A stretch of 64,000 nt of DNA from an uncultured bacterium (lineage in GTDB: Bacteria > CAYUVA01), in the NCBI GenBank assembly GCA_964448115.1, contig CAYUVA010000005.1:1-64000 (forward strand), given 5' to 3'. The translations under genes and the position numbers were made by a program. Numbering within the stretch: position 1 is the stretch's first letter; the number at the start of each line of letters is the position of its first letter. Shown in pieces: positions 58,696 to 64,000 of this stretch. The notes beneath the pieces were generated by a model that saw only the letters and a list, made by a program, of their open reading frames with translations, was not told where the DNA came from and did not search any database.

Positions 58696-59706
58696 TTAGA
58701 TTGTAACCCTACTTAGGAGATCCGGCTTGGCTAGCACCCTCTCTGCTCCCCGAACCACGCAAAGCAAGGGATCCTCGGCGATAGTAACCGGCAGCCCGGT
58801 CTCCTCGCGGATCCGAAGATCCAACTTCTGGATATTAGCGCCGCCGCCGGTGAGAAAGATCCCCCGGTCTATGATATCAGCAGCCAGCATGGGAGGGGTA
58901 TTCTCCAGGGTTATATGAATAAGTTCGATTATAGTTGTTATGCTCTCCTCCAGCGCCTCATAGACCTCGTTGCTGCTTACATACAGTGTCTTGGGGATGC
59001 CATCGACCAGATCTCTACCCTTTGCCTCATAGGTCAGCTCCTCGTCGAGCGGCAACGCGCTTCCCAGCTCCATCTTTATCTTCTCCGCCTCGCGCTCGCC
59101 GATGTCCAGGTTGTAGTTCTTCCGTATATAGTGCTTGATGGCGCTATCCATCACATTTCCACCCATTCGAGAGCTTTTTGAAAAAACGATGCCGGCAAGG
59201 GATATCACCGCTACCTCGGTGGTGCCACCACCGATATCGACCAGCATATTTCCGCTCGGCTCCTCCACCGGCAAGCCTGCACCGATAGCAGCAGCCATCG
59301 GTTCCTCGATCAGAAAGACCTCGCTTACCCCAGCTCTCTGGGCAGATTCTTTGACCGCCCTTTTCTCCACCTGGGTAATGCCGGAGGGGACAGCTATCAC
59401 AGCTCTAGGCTTTATGAAGAACCGGCGATTATGCACCATCTCAATATAGGCGCGCAACATCTTCTCGCAGACCTCGAAGTCGGCGATGACACCTTCTCGC
59501 AAGGGGGGTATAGCGATTATGTTTTCGGGCGTCTTTCCTTCCATGTCCCTCGCTTTTTCTCCCACAGCGGCTACCTTGCCGGTCTTACGGTCAATAGCGA
59601 TGATGGACGGTTGATTGAGTACGATACCCTTGCCTTTGATGCTGATCAGGGTATTGGCGGTTCCAAGGTCGATTGCCAGGTCGCTGGTGAATGCTTTAAA
59701 AGGCAC
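58696..59706 (-). CDS. mreB: Actin-like rod shape-determining protein MreB
   Basis: IDLGTANT, EEPMAAAIGAG, DIGGGTTE and LTGGG motifs. Confidence 0.97.
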   Translation of the reverse strand: MPFKAFTSDLAIDLGTANTLISIKGKGIVLNQPSIIAIDRKTGKVAAVGEKARDMEGKTPENIIAIPPLREGVIADFEVCEKMLRAYIEMVHNRRFFIKPRAVIAVPSGITQVEKRAVKESAQRAGVSEVFLIEEPMAAAIGAGLPVEEPSGNMLVDIGGGTTEVAVISLAGIVFSKSSRMGGNVMDSAIKHYIRKNYNLDIGEREAEKIKMELGSALPLDEELTYEAKGRDLVDGIPKTLYVSSNEVYEALEESITTIIELIHITLENTPPMLAADIIDRGIFLTGGGANIQKLDLRIREETGLPVTIAEDPLLCVVRGAERVLAKPDLLSRVTI

Positions 59707-59747
59707 TTTGAGTGTTCTCCGTTCTTAAAGCTACTGTTGATGTATTT

Positions 59748-59776
59748 AATATAATGTAAAGTTTGATGTTTGTCAA
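59748..59776 (-). promoter_or_regulatory. sigma70-type promoter of the mre operon
   Basis: TTGACA-N17-TATATT on the minus strand. Confidence 0.65.
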
Positions 59777-60123
59777 GAGCAAATCCACATCTTTTTCACT
59801 AAATATCATCATATATGACAAACTCGATAAATATTCAAGGGATCAGAGAAACCAAGAAAGGTCGAGAACGATATTATTATAAAGACTAAGCATATTTTCA
59901 CCATAGAATTTTTCATGAGAGGTTTGCAATGCATGTTTGATCAGGCTAAAATATTTTTTAGTTACGATGGAAATGTATGCTCATAGCATAGATCACTATA
60001 AGATGCCTCTAACCTTTCCTATGCTTCGAGCTGATGGGGCGCAAGCGATGCCAACCAGAGGTATTACCATTTTTATGCCCTATAATAAGAAGAGTCATCA
60101 TCCTTAACCAACGAGGGAATAAT

Positions 60124-60972
60124 ATGAAAATTGACGATATCAGGATGATCGTTGATAAACATCGTGTTCGTCAAGGCTCGACAATCGCCATCTTGGAGGA
60201 TATCCAAGCCAAGTATGGATATCTCCCCGCTGAAGGGCTGGAGCTACTAGCTAAAAATACCGATATTCCACTGGTTGATCTCTATGGCATTGCCACCTTC
60301 TATCGGGCTTTCAGTTTAGAGCCGCGAGGTAAGCACTTGGTCTCGGTCTGCATGGGCACCGCTTGCCATGTACGCGGCGCTCCAAGAATACTCGATGAGG
60401 TATGCAAGCAGCTAAAAATTAGACCCTCGCAGACCACGAAGGACAGGGAGTTCACCCTGGAAACAGTAAACTGTCTGGGCGCATGCGCATTGGGACCGGT
60501 CATGGTAGTCGATGGTACATACTATTCCAATATGCGCGTGCGACAGGTCAAGGGGGTCCTGCAACAGGCGATCAAAGGGGATGAGGGTATAAAATTCGAC
60601 AAGGATGCCAGGTTCTTCCCGGTGCAGGTTAGTTGCCCGCGCTGCAATCATAGCCTGATGGATCATGAATACACTATTGATGGACACCCATCTATATATG
60701 TAAATATCTCCTTCAATCAGAAACATGGTTGGGTACGGCTTTCCAGCGTCTATGGCAGCTACAATGTGGAATCGAAGCACGAGATTCCCTTTGAGACGGT
60801 GGTGAACTTCTTCTGTCCCCACTGCAACTCGGAGCTTCTTGGCGGTATTGACTGCACCGACTGCGGCGCACCCATGGTTCCGTTTTTAGTGCGCGGTGGA
60901 GGAGTAGTACAGATATGCTCCAGGCGAGGATGTCGCAATCACAGGCTCGATGTCAATGGAGCCAACCTTTAG
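60124..60972 (+). CDS. NuoE/HydC-like 2Fe-2S subunit with Cys-rich C-terminal extension
   Basis: CMGTAC...CLGAC; extension with CPRC, CPHC, CTDC and CSRRGC. Start placed at ATG 60124. Confidence 0.88.
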   Translation: MKIDDIRMIVDKHRVRQGSTIAILEDIQAKYGYLPAEGLELLAKNTDIPLVDLYGIATFYRAFSLEPRGKHLVSVCMGTACHVRGAPRILDEVCKQLKIRPSQTTKDREFTLETVNCLGACALGPVMVVDGTYYSNMRVRQVKGVLQQAIKGDEGIKFDKDARFFPVQVSCPRCNHSLMDHEYTIDGHPSIYVNISFNQKHGWVRLSSVYGSYNVESKHEIPFETVVNFFCPHCNSELLGGIDCTDCGAPMVPFLVRGGGVVQICSRRGCRNHRLDVNGANL

Positions 60973-61026
60973 AGCAGCTTACAATCTGGATATCGATAAT
61001 CATGTTACATCAAAGGCGATGTTGAT

Positions 61027-64000
61027 ATGAGGAAGATCGCAAACATACAAGATTTCATCGGACTGCAAGCCCGGCTGCAAGAGAACATGCAAACCAAGAC
61101 CCCAACTATTATAATCCCTGCCGGCACTTGCGCGCAGGCTAGCGGAGCCAATGGATTGATCCGGGTAACCAAAAAGGAGATCCTGAACCTTGAGCCTTTT
61201 GAGAGGCTGAACTTGCGCATTACCGGCTGCCATGGATACTGCCAGATGGAGCCAAGTGTCCTTATCGAGCCTTGGGGGATCTTTTATCCTCAGGTGAGCC
61301 TGAAGGATATGGTGCGCATCATACACGCAACGCTGCGCGGGGATCTCCTTGAAGACTTGCTCTATCACGACCCCATTTCGCAAGCTGTAATACCCAAGCA
61401 AAAGGATATCCCATTCTTCGCCAGGCAAACCAGAAACCTAATATCCCGCAATGAAGGCGTAGATCCGATTAGGATATACAACTACATCGAGCGGGGAGGC
61501 TATCTGCCATTTGTAACCATGTTAAAAGATCGAGAGCCATCCTGGGTTATTGACCAGGTTAAGGCTTCCGGCTTGCGGGGGAGAGGAGGGGCTGGCTTCC
61601 CCACCGGCTTGAAGTGGGAGATGCTAGCCGAGCAACCTGATCATCGCGGTAAAGTGCTGGTCTGTAACGCTGACGAGGGAGATCCCGGAGCCTATATGGA
61701 CAGGAGTCTCTTGGAGGGCAATCCACATAGCATAATCGAGGGGATGCTTATCGGTGGTTATGCTACCGGCGCGGATCAAGGGTTTATATATGTTCGATCC
61801 GAATATCCATTGGCTATTAAACATCTTGTTATAGCATTAAGACAGGCAAGGGACCTGGGACTCCTTGGCCGGGATATATTGGGTTCAGGATTCAGCTTCG
61901 ATATCCAACTGGTTCGCGGTGCTGGTGCATTTGTCTGCGGTGAGGAGACCGCGCTTATGCGATCCATCGAGGGGAAGATGGGAGAACCTAGACAAAGACC
62001 GCCATATCCGGTGGAAAAGGGAATCTTCGGCAAGCCAACCGCCATCAATAATGTGGAGACCTGGGCAAATATACCGATAATCCTCGAAAAGGGAGCAGGG
62101 AACTTCGCCAAGATAGGCACAAAGAATAACTCCGGCACCAAGATATTCAGCCTGGTCGGCAAGGTTAGAAACACCGGGCTGGTCGAGGTGCCCATGGGAA
62201 CAAGCATAGCTGAGATCATCTACGGCATCGGCGGCGGTCCTTCTGGCAAGGCAAAGATCAAGGCGGTGCAGACCGGGGGACCCTCCGGCGGCTGCATCCC
62301 GACTGAACTATTCGATTTGCCCATAGACTATGACAGCCTCAGCAGGGCAGGCTCCATCATGGGATCCGGCGGCATGATAGTAATGGACGAAAACACTTGC
62401 ATGGTCGATGTTGCCAAGTACTTTATGAACTTCTTGCAGGATGAGTCCTGTGGAAAGTGCTTCACCTGTCGCAAGGGGACGCAGCGGATGCATGAGATCC
62501 TGGAAGACATCTCCAAGGGAAACGGCACGATGGCCAAGCTAGAACTGCTTGAGCAGCTTGCAATGGTGGTCAAGGATACCTCCATGTGCGGGTTGGGGCA
62601 GTCGGCACCCAATCCGGTGCTCAGCACATTGCGTTATTTCAGGCACGAATACGAGGAACATATAACCAAGAAATATTGCACAGCCTTTGTATGCCGAGAT
62701 CTGGTCGGCGCTCCCTGCCAGACCGCCTGCCCGCTTGGTACCGAGGCGTGGAGATATGTTGCTCACATCGCAAAGGGTGAATATAAGGAGGCGTACCTGG
62801 CGATACGCGAGACCAATCCATTCCCTTCAGTCTGCGCCCGGGTCTGCAATCATCCATGTCAACAGCATTGCCGCCTCGGAGCCACCGGAGACGAGCCGGT
62901 AGCTATAAGAGCCTTGAAACGATTTATTACCGATCATATAGATCCAGCGATCTATAGATCGATTCCCAAGGATGGCAGCTCAAGGGATGGCAAGGTGGCG
63001 GTCATTGGGGCCGGTCCAGCCGGATTAACCGCAGCACATTATTTGTCCCTGCAGGGCTACAAGGTTACTGTCATCGAGGCTTTTGACAAGCCGGGCGGGA
63101 TGTTGGTCTGCGGTATCCCTCGCTATCGATTGCCGGTCGAGATAATGGAGAAAGAGATCCAGTCGCTGCTAAACGATAATATCGAGCTTAGATTGAATAC
63201 AGTTTTGGGAAGAGATCTTGGTTTGCAGGATCTATTCAGCCAAGGTTTCAAGGCAGTATTCCTAGCACTCGGTGCTCACCGCAGCAGGAAACTGAATATC
63301 GATGGTGAGGGCGCCGAAGGTGTCATACCTTCCATGGAGTACCTCAGGAACCTTAACCTCAAGGGCGAAAATCTCGCCTGGGGAAAGGTCGGAGTCATCG
63401 GCGGAGGCAATTCGGCGATCGATTCTGCGCGAGCTGCGCTTCGGCAAGGCGAGGTGGATAGTGTAACTATTTTCTACCGACGCACAAGAAATGAGATGCC
63501 CGCCTACGAGGAGGAGATCGAGGATGCCCTCGCCGAGGGGATCGAGCTGGTTACCCTGGTCAGTCCGATGAGAATAGTTACACAGCAGGGAAAACTCGCC
63601 GGCATCGAGTTTATCAAAAATACGCTCGGAGACTTCGATAGCAGTGGACGCAGAAGACCAGTACCCGCTGAGGGCACAGAATATACGGTTAATCTTGATA
63701 CGCTAATCGTCGCCATCGGCGAGCAGCCAGGAGTCATCGATATCTCTAATCTTGGAGTCAAGACCTCCCGCGGGGGCACCATCCTGGTCGATAAGGAGAC
63801 TCTTCAAACCGACATTCAAGGGATTTTTGCCGGGGGTGATGCGGTTACCGGTCCCAACACGGTGGTCGATGCGATCGCTGCTGGCAAGAAGGCTGCTTTG
63901 ATGATCGACCGCTACCTAAGCGGAGAGGAGCTTGTCCAACCTGCTGAATTGAGCCGTCCCAGCCGCCTGGTTGAGCCGCTCGATCTTAGCGAGGACGAAA
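61027..64000 (+). CDS. NuoF/HydB-like subunit fused to a GltD-like oxidoreductase (partial, runs off the window)
   Basis: Absent from the ORF track because no stop occurs in the window. Hand translation: MRKIANIQDF..., SGLRGRGGAGFPTG, CNADEGDPGAYMDR, GAFVCGEET, ESCGKCFTC, then PCQTACP, CARVCNHPC, GAGPAG, GGGNSAID, YRR. Confidence 0.9.
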   Translation, partial: MRKIANIQDFIGLQARLQENMQTKTPTIIIPAGTCAQASGANGLIRVTKKEILNLEPFERLNLRITGCHGYCQMEPSVLIEPWGIFYPQVSLKDMVRIIHATLRGDLLEDLLYHDPISQAVIPKQKDIPFFARQTRNLISRNEGVDPIRIYNYIERGGYLPFVTMLKDREPSWVIDQVKASGLRGRGGAGFPTGLKWEMLAEQPDHRGKVLVCNADEGDPGAYMDRSLLEGNPHSIIEGMLIGGYATGADQGFIYVRSEYPLAIKHLVIALRQARDLGLLGRDILGSGFSFDIQLVRGAGAFVCGEETALMRSIEGKMGEPRQRPPYPVEKGIFGKPTAINNVETWANIPIILEKGAGNFAKIGTKNNSGTKIFSLVGKVRNTGLVEVPMGTSIAEIIYGIGGGPSGKAKIKAVQTGGPSGGCIPTELFDLPIDYDSLSRAGSIMGSGGMIVMDENTCMVDVAKYFMNFLQDESCGKCFTCRKGTQRMHEILEDISKGNGTMAKLELLEQLAMVVKDTSMCGLGQSAPNPVLSTLRYFRHEYEEHITKKYCTAFVCRDLVGAPCQTACPLGTEAWRYVAHIAKGEYKEAYLAIRETNPFPSVCARVCNHPCQQHCRLGATGDEPVAIRALKRFITDHIDPAIYRSIPKDGSSRDGKVAVIGAGPAGLTAAHYLSLQGYKVTVIEAFDKPGGMLVCGIPRYRLPVEIMEKEIQSLLNDNIELRLNTVLGRDLGLQDLFSQGFKAVFLALGAHRSRKLNIDGEGAEGVIPSMEYLRNLNLKGENLAWGKVGVIGGGNSAIDSARAALRQGEVDSVTIFYRRTRNEMPAYEEEIEDALAEGIELVTLVSPMRIVTQQGKLAGIEFIKNTLGDFDSSGRRRPVPAEGTEYTVNLDTLIVAIGEQPGVIDISNLGVKTSRGGTILVDKETLQTDIQGIFAGGDAVTGPNTVVDAIAAGKKAALMIDRYLSGEELVQPAELSRPSRLVEPLDLSEDE

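Noticed and set aside
59780-60120. Rex operator upstream of the NuoEF-like genes
   Set aside because: The region is AT-rich, but no convincing TTGTGAA-N4-TTCACAA palindrome was found.

Overview
This is a 64 kb gene-dense chromosomal segment of a diderm, probably anaerobic bacterium, judged from an outer-membrane barrel, TolQ, an ECF sigma/anti-sigma pair, a 2-oxoacid:acceptor oxidoreductase operon and NuoEF-like flavo-iron-sulfur genes. Housekeeping content includes tmk-ricT-metG, tRNA-Phe, split transketolase, mreBCD-mrdA-rodA plus a radical SAM gene, glycosyltransferases with a flippase, and a PIN-type toxin-antitoxin pair. No integrase, transposase, prophage, rRNA or CRISPR array was seen. 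The main signal is that three unrelated signal-peptide proteins scattered across the window (a beta-helix protein, a heparinase II/III-like lyase and a six-repeat Ig-like/Thr-Pro protein) all end in the same ~100-aa C-terminal domain, [AG]GYMxTxI[ST]SxxGG...WP[YF]L. It looks like a lineage-specific surface sorting or anchoring domain. Other oddities: a GltD-type flavoprotein inserted inside the oxidoreductase delta subunit, a CtpA homologue with both catalytic residues replaced by Met, a sigma54-driven secreted protein with an HFS motif, a collapsed radical SAM/SPASM remnant, an orphan tolQ, loss of holB from the tmk-ricT-metG cluster, a Stn-like NuoE plus NuoF-GltD pair running off the window end, and an unidentified structured intergenic region. 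All calls come from motif recognition by eye; no searches were run.
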